From the NCBI GenBank assembly GCA_002633005.1, contig NMRA01000757.1, forward strand, positions 112,849 through 165,659: DNA of 52,811 bases, written 5' to 3'. The notes beneath the pieces are model-generated. The model did not search any database and was not told where the DNA came from. It saw only the letters and a list, made by a program, of their open reading frames with translations. This stretch comes from Phoronis australis. Its lineage: Eukaryota; Animalia; Phoronida. Both the position numbers and the translations under genes were made by a program. Shown here one piece after another: positions 14,201 to 27,218 of the stretch. Each line of letters opens with the position of its first letter. Position 1 is the first letter of the stretch.

Positions 14201-14847
14201 ATAAAATGGAGGTATGTGGCGGCTGCAGGTTGTTCAAAACTGTAGCTACTGTGTTTCGAGGTGATGTGTTAGTTTTCACCATTATTTGTTTTATGTTTAC
14301 CCGTTGTCACTACAATGGAATATAAAATACTTGCGATGCCTTGTGACCTGGAAAAACGCAATCACAACGCCATTAGATTTCTAGAGTTCGCTTTAAAGCT
14401 AAATCGTCAAAAATAATCACTGAGCAGTGTTTTCTGGACATGCTTCAGTTCAAAACATGGCCGGTTTCTACGACTGTCTGGTTTAGTACCTCATGCATCC
14501 ATAATTCGTCGTCTTGTAATATTAGTTCACTTTTGTAAGTCTTCGTCAGGACTTAATCAGTTGGAGTTATTAGAAGTAAAGGAGTTGATAAAATTAATGG
14601 TCTTGTATGGCGAATGCTAATGAAGGTGGATGTCTATAGTATCGGCACTGTAGCTCATAGAATCTCATTTAAAGTAATGAAATCTCTTCAGGTATCTAGT
14701 GTAATGGTCCCGGCTGAACGGCCTGCTCGCGTCTGATGCAGCGTGCATAAATTCACTGTTTTAAAGGGATCTGCAAAACCATTCAACTGTTGTGTGTTAT
14801 CAGCTCTAAGGACTACAGGGGATTTTGTACAATGGGTTTCACCCCAA

Positions 14848-15006
14848 TGGTGAATTTAGAGGGGGGGGGCACGGGGGCCATGGCCACCCTAAAATTCTCC
14901 CTGATTCCATTTGCCAGTTCGGGTGTGCGAATGTCTGACGGGCAAAGTCCTGGTTAATACTCTGCTCTGCCCCCCCCCCCCTCAACTCAAAATCCTGGAC
15001 CCCCTG
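14848..15006. mobile_element. About 160-bp GC-ended MITE, copy 2
   Basis: Aligns with 4330-4489 and ends AAAATCCTGGACCCCCTG. Confidence 0.6.
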
Positions 15007-15657
15007 CACCTAGATATCAACTAGGCACAGAACCGACTCCCGATCCTTTTTCCGAGAAGGGAAGTTGCGTATCGTTTCACCTCAAGAGCTACTCGTGACC
15101 TCAGAAGCGTAATTGTCGTATTTTCTCTGGTATACACCCCGGGAATAAGCTCACTCACAGTTTTGATTATTATCGTGTGCAAGCCCACCTTCTCGAGTAT
15201 CTATGGTTACGTAAGCCCATGGGTACAAGCCAACCCCCAATTTTCTCACGAATAAGCCCATCTGCTTGGGTATAAGCTCACCGCCACTTATGTCTCAGTC
15301 GACGTCAAATGAATCCCTTCTCTCGCTAGCTTCTCATGGCTGTTCCTTTTCGCTGGAAGGGCTAGACACAAGCTGCCTAGATAAACAGATCAAGTAGGAC
15401 AACACCTGCGTGATACAAGACCAAAATATACAAATATCGTATTTGGATCTTCCCAATTACAAAGACGATAGGTTAGGCTTGGATTTTTGTCGTTTTACCT
15501 CTTCATAAACGTCACAAAAGTATAACCCCAAACCCAAAATTGAATAGTTTTGTTACAAAATCTCTACTTCCTTGCGACTTTTAAGTTTAAGGCGCGATTG
15601 AGACTCTGGAGGCAATTATCCTCCAGATTCCTAAACGTGTCAAAAAGCTGTCTTCAC

Positions 15658-16163
15658 GGGGCCTTTCATACTAACGTCGACGCGTCGATGGTTTGGGGAG
15701 TTGCGGTCAGTATGAACGCTTAACTCCGGTCCTGGATCGCAGTTAAGAGCTCCAGTTAACATCGCAGTTAATAGGTGGATTTAAGACCGCAGTGTCGACG
15801 CTGCGGTGCAGTATGAACGCTTAACTCCGGTCCAATCGAAGTTATCGCCAGGTGCCACTGTTATCATCAACAGTTACAGAGTAGTGCCGTCACTAATAAC
15901 TACTTATTTTTGGGTTTAATGATAACCAATCGATTTAAAAATGAGTTTTATGTCATTTAGCACATTTAAATGTTCCAAATTGTCACATTGAAAAAAATCT
16001 TAGCGTGCAGCGCTACCTTGCGATAACTTCGATGACGTCAGGGTCACCAACCCTTTACTTCGATGGTCATTAACTACCGAAGCCAGTATGAACGGTCCAG
16101 TTAACTGCGCTGTTTACGTCGACGCTCCGCTCAGACCGGAGTTAAGTCAATATGAAAGGGCCT
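15658..16163. mobile_element. PIF/Harbinger-like MITE
   Basis: TIRs GGGGCCTTTCATACT / AATATGAAAGGGCC. Internal repeated CAGTATGAACG(C)TTAACTCCGG and CGTCGACG motifs occur in both orientations. TSD not clear. Confidence 0.55.
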
Positions 16164-16972
16164 TTCGATAATCCGTTTTCTTAAACCTGAACTGTTTGCA
16201 GGCAAGGAGTTTTCGCCTTTAGGCAACGTGTGAGTTGAATGTCTATTAGATTCAAGACTCGATTACTAGTTTTGATTAAATTATGCGTTTCTTATTTTGC
16301 AATACATTATAGCAGAAGTTTATTGATGTCACCATGCTTGATAAACTCCTCTTTCCGGCGTCGGTACGGACAGCTTACAAATTGTGACTCATTTTTATTT
16401 AACAGTGTACGCAATACTGAGAATAGTTTGTATGCGTGTAATATCAACACTGTTTTAGAATTTCATTTTCCAATTTACTCCTTTCACGAAAACATCTTAG
16501 TGTGCAAGTGTTAGTAGACTTTTAATTTGAAACTGTAAAATGTTTATTGCATAACACAAATTCATATTGAATACGAATAAACAAACCCAGTTTATGTTGT
16601 CAACGTACGTTTTCATTGATTTCTATTTATGATAAAACTGCATTTTTCAGTATCGCCTTGTTTCGCCGCTAAAAAGCGGACATCAAATCAGGCTGTTTAC
16701 TTTCATAATTCGGTATGAATCCCTTTCTGTGATAGGATTCTATATCCGTTACCAATAACAACGTCGAAACCATCAGCGACTCAAGAAAACGCTTCAGAAT
16801 TCACAAGGGTCGGCCAGCCTTAAAATTTGTGAATTAAATATGGCGCATTGTCCGTGATTTGAGTTGGTAACGGAAATGAGCTCCTATCGCGGTAATGGAT
16901 ATTATGAGACTGACTGTATGAGGGTAAAAAAACTAACACAGGCTGTCGACCAGTTTCACAAACGATTGTGAT

Positions 16973-17235
16973 CGCGCGCACCCGGGGGGGGGGACTCGGG
17001 GGGCTCGAATGAGCCCCCCCCCCCAATTTGGCGAAGTGGGCAAAAAGGTCCACCTCAGAGAAACAAAAACTCCGAGAAAACGAGGCAAAAGTCCCTTAAA
17101 AAGACGCAGACGCACAGTTTACAGTTTTGAAGGTAGTACCCCGTTTTTTTTAGTCCTGCCGATATTTTGTCACCAAAAGGTCCACAACGACAGAAATTCG
17201 AGCCCCCACCCCACATTGAAGGCTGGGTGCGCGCG
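16973..17235. mobile_element. Short MITE with GC-rich TIRs
   Basis: CGCGCGCACCCGG ... CTGGGTGCGCGCG ends, with inner GGGGGCTCGAA / TTCGAGCCCCC. Confidence 0.6.
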
Positions 17236-17564
17236 TGTTGCATAGTCATGAAATGTGGCATTCAATATGCTGTTAGAGTTGGATCTGGTGCAAATTAATC
17301 GAGTTTCAAATACGTCCACAAACGTCATTCTATTTCACAAAGATGGGGCTTCATTTCTATCATGCCACCCGCTGTATGACGCCTCGTCCATGGACATGCC
17401 AGCTGGCTTATCTTCACTGCTGTAACACTCGTCTTTTGCAGGTTGTATGCGTAGTATGCCTGCTGACACTAATTCTGTGTTATTGCAACGTTATTCGATT
17501 TAGGCCACAAAGGTTATAACATCGGTCTCATCTGGTTCCTTATTCACATTAGAAATGTACCTTT

Positions 17565-17977
17565 ATGCTTGTGAAGTACTGACCAGACTCATGCATGAGA
17601 AGTATTGACCAGGCTCATGACGTCTTTATGCTTGAGAAGTATTGACCAGGCGCATGACGTATCTATGCTTGAGAAGTATTGACCAGGCTCATGACGTCTC
17701 TATGCTTGAGAAGTACTGATCAGGCGCATGACGTATCTATGTTTGAGAAGTACTGACCAGGCTCATGACGTCTCTATGCTTGAGAAGTACTGACCAGGCG
17801 CATGACGTATCTATGTTTGAGAAGTACTGACCAGGCTCATGACGTCTCTATGCTTGAGAAGTACTGACCAGGCTTATGACGTCTTTATGCTTGAGAAGTA
17901 TTGACCAGGCTCATGACTTTTCTATGCTTGAGAAGTATTGACCAGGCTCGTGATGGTTCTCTGCTTGAGAAGTACTG
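17565..17977. repeat. 37-bp minisatellite, about 10-11 copies (TGACCAGGCTCATGACGTCTCTATGCTTGAGAAGTAC)
   Basis: Period 37 (e.g. 17607 and 17644), with alternating GCTC/GCGC variants. Confidence 0.95.
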
Positions 17978-19399
17978 TGCATGCTTGTGACTTTCCTTAT
18001 CATAGTGGGTTAGTGTAAGCCACCAAGGCATGAGGCCGCTGCTACAAGTATATATTGTTAGTTTGGTGGCATAAAAGTGAATTGATTTTATTTATAACAG
18101 TTTGTTTTCAAAATGCCTGGAATGCTGAAAAATAACAAAAAACAGCAATAAGCAGGAAATTATAACGATCTATATCATCAATTAAAGATACTAAAAATTA
18201 ACGGTAAGATTGAATGTGATTACAATGGTAGTGATAGTCGTCATGCTGTGTTCTTCGCATTTTTCTAATTTTGGCGGTGATGCGAGACAGGGGCAGGAAA
18301 TTTTGGGAGCTGACACTTTCAAAGGGATCTTTTGCGTCACAGATATCATTGACTGATTGAAAGATTTGTAGTTATTGGCGATTAACTGTAAACGTTGGAT
18401 TCTGGCGACTTGAGACAAAGCGTACAATGCTACCATTAAAAATAGGAAATGAGCCGTTCCGTAGAACCTTTGGCAAATGACGAGATTTTTTTCTTAAAAC
18501 GTGCTATTTTGTTGAAAATTTATTAAGCCGACGAAAGCGCCATTTCGTTGGAAATTGGCCTACAGTGATAAATTTAGAATTGCGAGAGTCACTTCCTGTA
18601 TGTAGCTATAACCCCGGGCTATTCTGTTGCTTATTAAATCTCATCAATTAGAATATGCTGTCTGAACCCGTTCCTCATCTCTGATTGTCTATCGGAAACA
18701 AGTTCATCATGTCTTCTGTCAACTGTTAGCGTGCAAAAAGCTATTTACTTTTTTCTTCTGCAAATGAATTAAAACACGGCATAAATGTCACCATGCATTT
18801 TTTAATTAAGTAATTACATGCAGACATTTTGAAGCAAAGAAAAACTTGTATGTATACGCATATAAGTGCGATTCACCTTCTGGTGTTATAATTGCAGATG
18901 GTTCGAAAACATTAATCTATAGAACGTCGTGGCGTCTGTTCTGGGTGACATTCGTCAAAGACAGAATTCTGTTTAGAAAACAAAGTAATGCGCGCTTCAT
19001 AAACAGATAATTAGTGAGTAAAAACATATTAAGTGCTTTGATTTATGTGATTTGTTATTTTGACAATAGTAAAGAAGAAATTGATGTATTCAAACTTAGA
19101 CAAATGTAGGAAACAGCAGAACTGAAGCCTAAGTTATCAGAAGTCATGTTATCCCACTACAAGAATGTTATTTTTATGGAATTAACGTTGCTTATTACCT
19201 TTATAGCACAGCCACGCACAAAGAAAACATCTTTTCATTACGAGGAAAACTCAAAAAGCGATATCGTGGATTTTTGTATATCAGCTCCGGGCGTCAAATC
19301 TAAATAAACGCCTGCCTTTGATTACGCGAATCTGATGACGTATAGCTGTTCATAACAGGTAATGGAATTTGCAATTGAAAGTTCAGTTTGGTTATTTTG

Positions 19400-21040
19400 C
19401 GTCCATTTACAGAGATGGTGAAAAGTCAAGTTGCGAAAATTATAGACCAATATCGGTCCTCCCTGCAGTGTCCAAAATTCTTGAAAGGTGTGTTCAAAAG
19501 CAGCTTCACCAGTTCCTGGAGCAAAATTCCCTTCTCTCGGCAGCACAGTCTGGTTTCCGCCCCTTGCATTCCACTCTTACTACAACCATTCATGCTACTG
19601 AGTATATGGATCAGGGGAGGCTATCTGGTGCTGTCTTTGTTGACCTTAAGAAAGCCTTTGACACTGTGGACCATGGTATCCTATTGCAGAAGCTAGAGTC
19701 TTATGGAGTTAATGATAACGAACTCCTTTGGTTTAGAAACTACTTATACGACCGTAAACAGGCCACCAAATACTGCGGTATACTTTCTGACTACTCAACC
19801 GTAATCACCGGGGTATCTCAGGGTTCCATTTTGGGCCCTCCATTATTCACTATTTTTGTTAACGACCTCCCTACTGTCCTCCACAACAGTGTCCCAGTTT
19901 TATACGCTGATGACACTGCAATTATGTCCACAGCTGGATCGGTAAAAGAACTCGAAACTGCTCTCAACGATGAGGTAGCCCTTATCCATGACTGGCTGAT
20001 TCAAAATAAACTCACTCTTAACGTTAGTAAAACCAAATCGATGCTGTTTGGAACCCACCAGAAATTAAAACAACAAAAACTATCCCTTTCTATCAACGGT
20101 TCTCCCATCGAGAATGTTGACAAGTTTAAGTACTTGGGCCTTACTTTAGATCCCAATCTTAAATTTAATATGCACATAGATCATATCACAAAGAAATTAT
20201 CTAAGAAAATCGGTGTACTTAAACGTCTAGGCAAATTTCTTAATGTCAGTACTCTTAAGACCCTTTACCATTCTATTATTCAGCCTCATATTGATTATTG
20301 TTTACCGGTTTGGGGGCACACTAGTGACACACTTGTCAACAAAGTCCAAGTAATCCAAAATAGAGCCGCCAGGGCTATCCTGGGTACTAAAATTAGGGAC
20401 ACTAGGGTTGACGACTTGTATTCCAAGCTGGGATTTATGAAAATAAGACAAAGAAATAAATATCTCTCTGCCTGTTGTATGTAGAGATGTATCAATGGCT
20501 TGGCTCCAGCATATCTCAGCAGTAAATTCAACAGCAGCCAGGCTGTATATTCTACACGTTTTTCTGTTGCTGGCAATGTTTATTCTAAAAAAATTAAAAC
20601 CGAGACGGGCAAGAGATCTTTTATCTATGCAGCTGGTATAATATGGAATTCCTTTAGCCCAGAAATTAAACGGTCCAATTCAATTACTACCTTCAAAGTA
20701 AATATTAAAAAGTGGCTGTAATTTACTTGACCTTTTATACCCTCCCTGTCTTAATCATGTCATTTTTTTCATTGTCGTAAATATTCTCACTGTCTAGAAT
20801 CATCTCTTAATTTATTTCTTCTGTCTTAGTTAAATTTTTACCATTATTTGTCATTTAGTTATTGTCTTAATTCTCAACCTGTTTTAATTGTATCTTTGTT
20901 ACGTATATTACATTGTTGTTTTAATACTTCATTGTATTATGCTACTGTTTTTCTTGTTGAGGGCCCTCTTGGAAAGCAGTGCTATCACTGAAGAGGCCAC
21001 CCTCATTTTAAATATCACAATAATAAATAAATAAAAAAAA
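19400..21040 (+). mobile_element. 5'-truncated L2/CR1-group (Crack/Daphne-like) non-LTR retrotransposon with RT domain, 3'UTR and A-rich tail
   Basis: RT motifs NYRPISVL, QSGFR, VDLKKAFDTVDH, GVSQGSILGP, YADDT and KYLG. A single in-frame TAG at 20482-20484 is followed by same-frame ORF 20500-20721 (IWNSF...TFK). T-rich 3'UTR, a hairpin at 20959-21004, and the tail AATAATAAATAAATAAAAAAAA. Confidence 0.93.
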
Positions 21041-21384
21041 TTGTTTTAGGGTTTAACCATGCACATACTCTAAAAATGTAACCAGGAAATATTTTCAGTA
21101 AAAAAACTATTTCAGGGCGGCTTTGATACTTCCTACCCCAAATTATAGCTACTGCGTTATGAAGACATTGACAATATACCTGACCGAAGACTAGATGTTG
21201 ACACAATTGTCAAACCCGACTCGAATTCATGTTATAAAACTAATTTAATTGTTTTTCTTTTCTACTGGCACGATTCAAATGTGCAGGACATTCCTTAGTG
21301 ATTGTGAAAGGAAGACATATGCGGTTAGATAAACAGACAATACTTTATACGATCATTGACCAGACTGGACCGTTGTAGAAGCTA

Positions 21385-21450
21385 AAAAAAAACACTTTCT
21401 GTTAGAATGCCCTTAACATAACGATCTAAGGAAACGATATTTATTCAACG
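21385..21450 (+). mobile_element. Small LINE ORF2 C-terminal remnant
   Basis: Translates HFLLECP*HNDLRKRYLF, which resembles the C-terminal CCHC region of non-LTR RT proteins. Confidence 0.45.
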
Positions 21451-21734
21451 AACTTCATGTCAGACATTACTTTGAAAGTCTAGAGTGAACGCACAACATC
21501 AAAATTTTGAGACATGCGCAGTCAGATTTGTTGTGAACCAGAAGCCATACGGAATTATTGTTGAACAGCTTATATGGACGCGTGGACGGCTTGACTAGAT
21601 GTTTACTAGTTGTGCTTAGTTACAGTCAGGTTACATATTTGGGTAATATGAGCCGTAGGTCTGCTTACGCAGAATGCACTTTACATTGTTGTAACAGTAG
21701 CTTTCGTAAAAATCGACCAATCCCAAAGGATTTC

Positions 21735-22660
21735 AAGTTATAACGGCCAAAAAATAATCTCCCCTCTCTCAAGTTATCACGGCCAAACTAATCCCTCCCT
21801 CTCTCGGGGTATCACTGCCGACCTGGCGTCCCCTTTTCGGCCGAAACTAATCCCTCCCTCTCTCAAGTTATCACGGTCGAACTAATCCCTCCCTCTCCCA
21901 AGTTATCAGGGTAGAACTAATCCCTCCCTCCCAAGTTAGCATGGTCGAACTAATCCCTCCTCATCTCGGCCGAACTAATCCCTCCCGCTCTCAAGTTATG
22001 ACGGTCGAACTAATCCCTCCCTCTCAGTCTCAAGTTATCACGGTTGAACTAACCCCCCCTCTCAAATTATCACGGTCGAACTAATCACCCCTCCTCTCAA
22101 ATTATCACGGCCGAACTAAATTAATCCTTCTCTCTCTCAAGTTAAGACGGCCGAACTAATCACTCCCTCTCTCAAGTTATCACGGCCGAACTAATCCCTC
22201 CCTCTCTCAAGTTATCACCGGGTCGAAGTAATCCCCCCCCTCTCTCAAGTTATCACGGCCGAACTAATCACTCCCTCTCTCAAGTNNNNNNNNNNNNNNN
22301 NNNNNNNNNNNNNNNNNNNNNNNNNNNNNNNNNNNNNNNNNNNNNNNNNNNNNNNNNNNNNNNNNNNNNNNNNNNNNNNNNNNNNNNNNNNNNNNNNNNN
22401 NNNNNNNNNNNNNNNNNNNNNNNNNNNNNNNNNNNNNNNNNNNNNNNNNNNNNNNNNNNNNNNNNNNNNNNNNNNNNNNNNNNNNNNNNNNNNNNNNNNN
22501 NNNNNNNNNNNNNNNNNNNNNNNNNNNNNNNNNNNNNNNNNNNNNNNNNNNNNNNNNNNNNNNNNNNNNNNNNNNNNNNNNNNNNNNNNNNNNNNNNNNN
22601 NNNNNNNNNCTCTTTCTCTCTGAAGTAATTACGGCCGAACTAATCTCTCCCTCTCTCAGC
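21735..22660. repeat. About 35-bp minisatellite (CTAATCCCTCCCTCTCTCAAGTTATCACGGCCGAA) spanning a gap
   Basis: More than 14 variable units on the two sides of N 22286-22609. Confidence 0.95.
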
Positions 22661-22774
22661 TTTTGCCGTTGTATTCATTCTTTATGACTGTATTGATCAT
22701 CAAGACAATAGCATTTCATCATCGGCGTTGAGAAGCACCATTGTTTTTATTCTTCGTTGTTGATACGATTCTAG

Positions 22775-22960
22775 AACGCAGCCCACGAGTCGAAGTGCAG
22801 CCGGTTTGAATCCCGTGTCCGTTTGCACAAGCATCGTGTCCTTCCTAAACTTGAGTGTTTGAGATAGAAAGTATATGAACGTACCGCGGCCACCTTCTGT
22901 AAGCAGTACTGAGCTCTGGTACGGTTACGATTTTAAAATAACTAGAAATAGAATTATTTA
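22775..22960 (+). mobile_element. Degraded tRNA-derived SINE candidate
   Basis: B-box-like GGTTTGAATCCC at about 22803, followed by CGTGTCCTT, then CTGTAAGCAGTACTGAG and an AT-rich tail. No clear A box. Confidence 0.4.
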
Positions 22961-24155
22961 AACAAGTTTCAAAATGCAGTTATAAGAGGCATGGAATTTG
23001 TACTTTGCATGTAAAATTTAAAATGTGCGACCCTCAAGCAAAATTTGAGGACCGGAATGAACTCTTCGCATCAGTAAATAAAGAGTGCAGTTTGGGTTTT
23101 GAGATAGTTTCGGCATGTCATTTATGCTGTCCACCCAATCAGGTCGTGGGAACCTGTAAACACAACTATAGTCCACCATCTAGTTCCACAAACATTGGCT
23201 GGGATTTTGCAAACGAAAGCGTAATAGTGTACGGTGCGTTTGGAGCCCTTGGATTGCAAATCAACGACATACGGAGAACGACCGAGGATAGTGCCTGTCA
23301 CTGACAAAACTTGTGCCGGGGCCAACTGAATGTACGTTTGGTTAAAAAAGCACAGGGTGGAAGAAATTTGCCTTCATAACGTTTCAAAAATATCTTTTTT
23401 TCGTTTTTATTAGTATCTAATCATGTGGAACGTATGTGGGTGACAGCGCATATAACTTACGATCAGGTGACGTGGTCAATAACCAGGTACTTTCTTAATG
23501 GTAACATTATACCGATGGACACTAAAGTGCAATCATTTGTGCACTTAGCCTTGCCTACGAACATAAGAGTACAACAGCGAAACAACTACTGGAACATCAG
23601 GTACTTGTTTCAATCGATCTTACATCTGTGAGCGAAGCTTAACATCTGAATGAGCTGGCGTAATTTATGAACAGGACTAAAGGCTTGCTGTAATGGGTAT
23701 ACCGCTGCGTGCAACAGTTCGCTTGGTAATACGGCGCTGTATGGTAACAGTTTGTGAGAAATGTGACAAACACACCTCGTAAAAAATCTATTGCTCTAGC
23801 TCGTTTGCCAAATTGGCTTTGCGTTCGTTGAATCTTCCCCAAATTGGCTTTGCGTTCGTTGGACTGTCACAAGAGAATCTATAGCGGGCGAGTTTCTTTT
23901 TTGGTTACAATTCTCGTAAGGTACTTCAGCAATTTCATCGGCCCGACTTTTGCTCCTTTCACAATAAAATGGTGCCATAGTCATAAAAATGCATTACTTC
24001 GGATTTGAACTATAAACAATTACTCAGTATCGGTGCGATCTAACTCAGTTATACCGATGGGGAATCGAGGTAGGCAATAATCAGCGTTAAAGTGACATTG
24101 GCGTACCTATTAGATTTACAAGGAAATGTTTTAACGAAAACGTACTCTTACATAA

Positions 24156-25802
24156 AGGAGAATGCCATCCGATTTGATTAGTCTTTTTTACCGTCTTAAT
24201 AGGTCTGCATCCACATCGCCTCTTATAAGGTTGACCTCACCTTGCCGAGAGGTGTCGCGTATCCTGTGAGGAAGGTGAGAAACGACGCAGCGACGTCAGT
24301 GGTTCGTCTGCAGAATGAATGCCGCGGTGCATGATTCCCGCTTGTCTGAACTATGAAGCTGTGAAGAAATCGGGTATATCGTTTTTTCGACTTCTTCAAG
24401 AGCTCGAAATGCTTAGGAAGTGGCTCGCAGTAGTGAAGAGTGAAAGGTACGCAGTTAATAGCACGTATGAGGCCGTAAAACATCTCCGTGTCTGTGGCCG
24501 TCATTTCGCCGACAGTGATTTCTCTGACGAATTCCGGCTTATCAAAGAACTATCCATACGTTCCGTTGCCTGTGCATGTTCACAGCGCCTCTCTAGTATT
24601 TCTTGATCAGTGTATTCGGGTTCGAACTGATAGCCTGTGAAAAATAACGATCCGACCCGTGAAGTCTTCGTCGGATGAGCTCTTGATTAAGTCGGGATTG
24701 GCGCCCGGCGAGTTGCCATGTAGACGTTCATTATTCTGCGTTCTGTTTCAAAATGAATTATTCTCATCCTAACCAATGTTTGAAACTGAAACAAAGTCTG
24801 TCGCATTAGATACAATTTGTAATGCCTTGGAGTGCTCGTGAGTGTAAATGTTTTAAGAAGTCAGCAATGAATAAACCACTGCGTTACCCGGCCGGCTTTT
24901 GATGCCGGCAACAAAGGCAATTGACCGGGTACCGATGCCGTGTGAGCGCATGCTAATTCAATGTTTGCTGACAGAAAGCTGTTGTGAAACAATTACTCGA
25001 TTTTATATGCTATGTCACATGTTAATGTTAGGGGAATCTTTATTTAGAAATACAAAATTAAAATACATTATTCAAATCAACAACCTTTGCCCTGACGGTC
25101 TGTGGAAGGGGAACACGACTTCTCGGCCCCCGACAAGTAAATAGATTTTCAGTTTCGTGGCTAATTCACCAATTACGTGCACATTAATTCTTTGGCTCAC
25201 TCTTATAGTCTTTTTGTGACTGGAGGCTTAGTTTCCAACTCAAGCTGGTTTATGTTCGTGCCAGTCCCGGCGGCCGCGACGGGCCTGATCGGGTTCCGAG
25301 CCACTGGCCGAGAAGCGTTTTGTGTGCATAGAACTAAAAAATCACAAGTATAAACAACACAGGTGTAGATTCTCCTGTCTATGTTTCACGGAAGAATACT
25401 TCGAATTTATCTCCGAAAAGACCCCAAACTCCTGCTACGGACCTTGGTAAATTGGCCTGCCGAACTTTGTAGGCTACGGTGTGTCCAAATACCAGTAAAT
25501 CTGTAACAGCGAAATTAAACAACACGTTATTATAAGAACTCGGTGTATTTTTAAGGGTTTTACATCGAAGTTTGATGATTTATTGGTGTTAAACGATGAA
25601 TTCAACCGATAATCTGACACCAGTAAACCGTGTTGTGAACTGCTGAACAGACTGCATGCGAAACCAATTACGTCATTGGATAATTTCAACACCTCCGTCT
25701 GCCGTCATGTGTCAGGTAACGCAACCGAACGTGCCGTTATGGAGTAGAACTACTCGATCTAAATTGATACAAAATAGGTTGGTTTTTGGGTGGCATTCTC
25801 CT
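24156..25802 (+). mobile_element. Kolobok-like non-autonomous DNA transposon with THAP ORF
   Basis: 15-bp TIRs AGGAGAATGCCATCC / GGGTGGCATTCTCCT (14 of 15 match), flanked by ATAA (24152-24155) and TTAA (25803-25806). AG...CT termini, a TTAA target and a THAP domain are Kolobok hallmarks. Confidence 0.75.
24319..24606 (+). CDS. THAP zinc-finger (C2CH) domain ORF inside the Kolobok-like element
   Basis: MPRCMIPAC...SFFRL...RKWL...RVCGRHF. The CxxxxC, W and CxxHF motifs are present. The conserved Pro after FF(R) and the AVP box are absent. Confidence 0.65.
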   Translation: MPRCMIPACLNYEAVKKSGISFFRLLQELEMLRKWLAVVKSERYAVNSTYEAVKHLRVCGRHFADSDFSDEFRLIKELSIRSVACACSQRLSSIS

Positions 25803-26292
25803 TTAAGCTGAGTGACTTTCTTGATTTTGTGAATTTGGTTACAACTGATAAAACGTGTTTATTGGCCGTTTATCGACCCTGTCTAGCTAAGACATGAAAT
25901 GTTTTTACGTTGAATAAAAGCATACTGAACTATTTACTTCTATGCTGAAAAATCAGCGTGTGTGCCTGACAGGATTAAAGTTCTATTGCCAAAATGAATA
26001 TTAAATCCCGAATCGCAGTTATAGGTCAGCTCAGAGATGCCTGAGTGTCTTTTTGATCTACTAACTTTTGACATTTACATTTCGATCAATGGCTAAATCG
26101 AGACTTATTGTATTAAATCTTCTAAATTGACGGATGATCATTAAAATCGTTACGTTGCCGTTCGCTGCACTTGAAGTTCTAATGCACTTTATGCTAAACA
26201 CGTCACATATTTGGTTTACTGTTTTAGACAACCATTTTTGATTGGGAAATCATTTCAAGCCTTGTAGGTTATATACTATGTGAGCACTGAGC

Positions 26293-26313
26293 ACCACCAC
26301 CACCACCCCCACT

Positions 26314-26371
<58 letters not shown>

Positions 26372-26386
26372 ACCACTACTACTGCT
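26293..26386. repeat. Compound (CAC)n(TAC)n(TGC)n trinucleotide microsatellite
   Basis: Directly visible. Confidence 0.95.
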
Positions 26387-26926
26387 ATAATACTACAACG
26401 TCAACGTAAAACTAAATTCTAGCAGTACTTCTACCAATGCCACTGACTGTGCTGTTGCTCACATTACTAAGATCATTAGGTGTGTATCGTGAAGGGATTA
26501 GTCGCTGCATTATGAGGACAGAAAGTACAACCCGGGAATTCTCTTTCACATAATGGTTAGGACGGTGCCACCACACTTAAAAATCCAGACCACCGCAATA
26601 TCTGGGTGTCTGAGATAGTAGGTATCCGAGGCAATACCACATCATAGTCAAGAGAGTATCACTTCCACCCCCCACCCCCCACCCCTTTTGCTCTTAAGAT
26701 TGGCCAGAGAATACCCAACCGAGACATTATCTGAATGGACAAGATAACCACCCGGCTGTCGGCACGTTTGTACAAACCTTCCTAATGGAAGAGTCCCCCC
26801 CTTCCGTTTCAAACATTGAGTACGTTGGTACACATTCATTAGCGACTCAATGATGCGCTGTGTAGTACAAACAACATTAATTTTCCATTACCTTTTTCCC
26901 ATGCACGCTCTCAACATCATTACGCT

Positions 26927-27218
26927 AGGGGGTCAATTTCATGATTTCAGACTTAAGGGAGAAATTTAGTCCTACACTCCTACTTCACAATTGTTGAAAA
27001 AATGTTGAGCCAAGTAATTATAGCATCACAGTCTAGAAACTATTGATAGAAATTATTTCAGTGTTTATAATAATAGTCATGTGTATAATATACACATGAC
27101 TATTATTCTCAGAGACATGGTACATTTTCTCAAGTAAGATTTTCTCATTGTTCAGAAACGTTTGTGTGAATCCAAATTTCTGACTGAAGTCTTAAGTCAC
27201 GTTTCATGAAACGGCCCC
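26927..27218. mobile_element. Old MITE-like repeat; an inverted partial copy lies at 30563-30742
   Basis: Ends GGGGTCAATTTCATGA..GACTTAAG / CTTAAGTCACGTTTCATGAAACGGCCCC. The body aligns to the reverse complement of 30563-30742. Confidence 0.6.

Noticed and set aside
23005-23325. Overlapping 99-aa and 67-aa ORFs
   Set aside because: No family similarity recognised; the lengths are compatible with chance.
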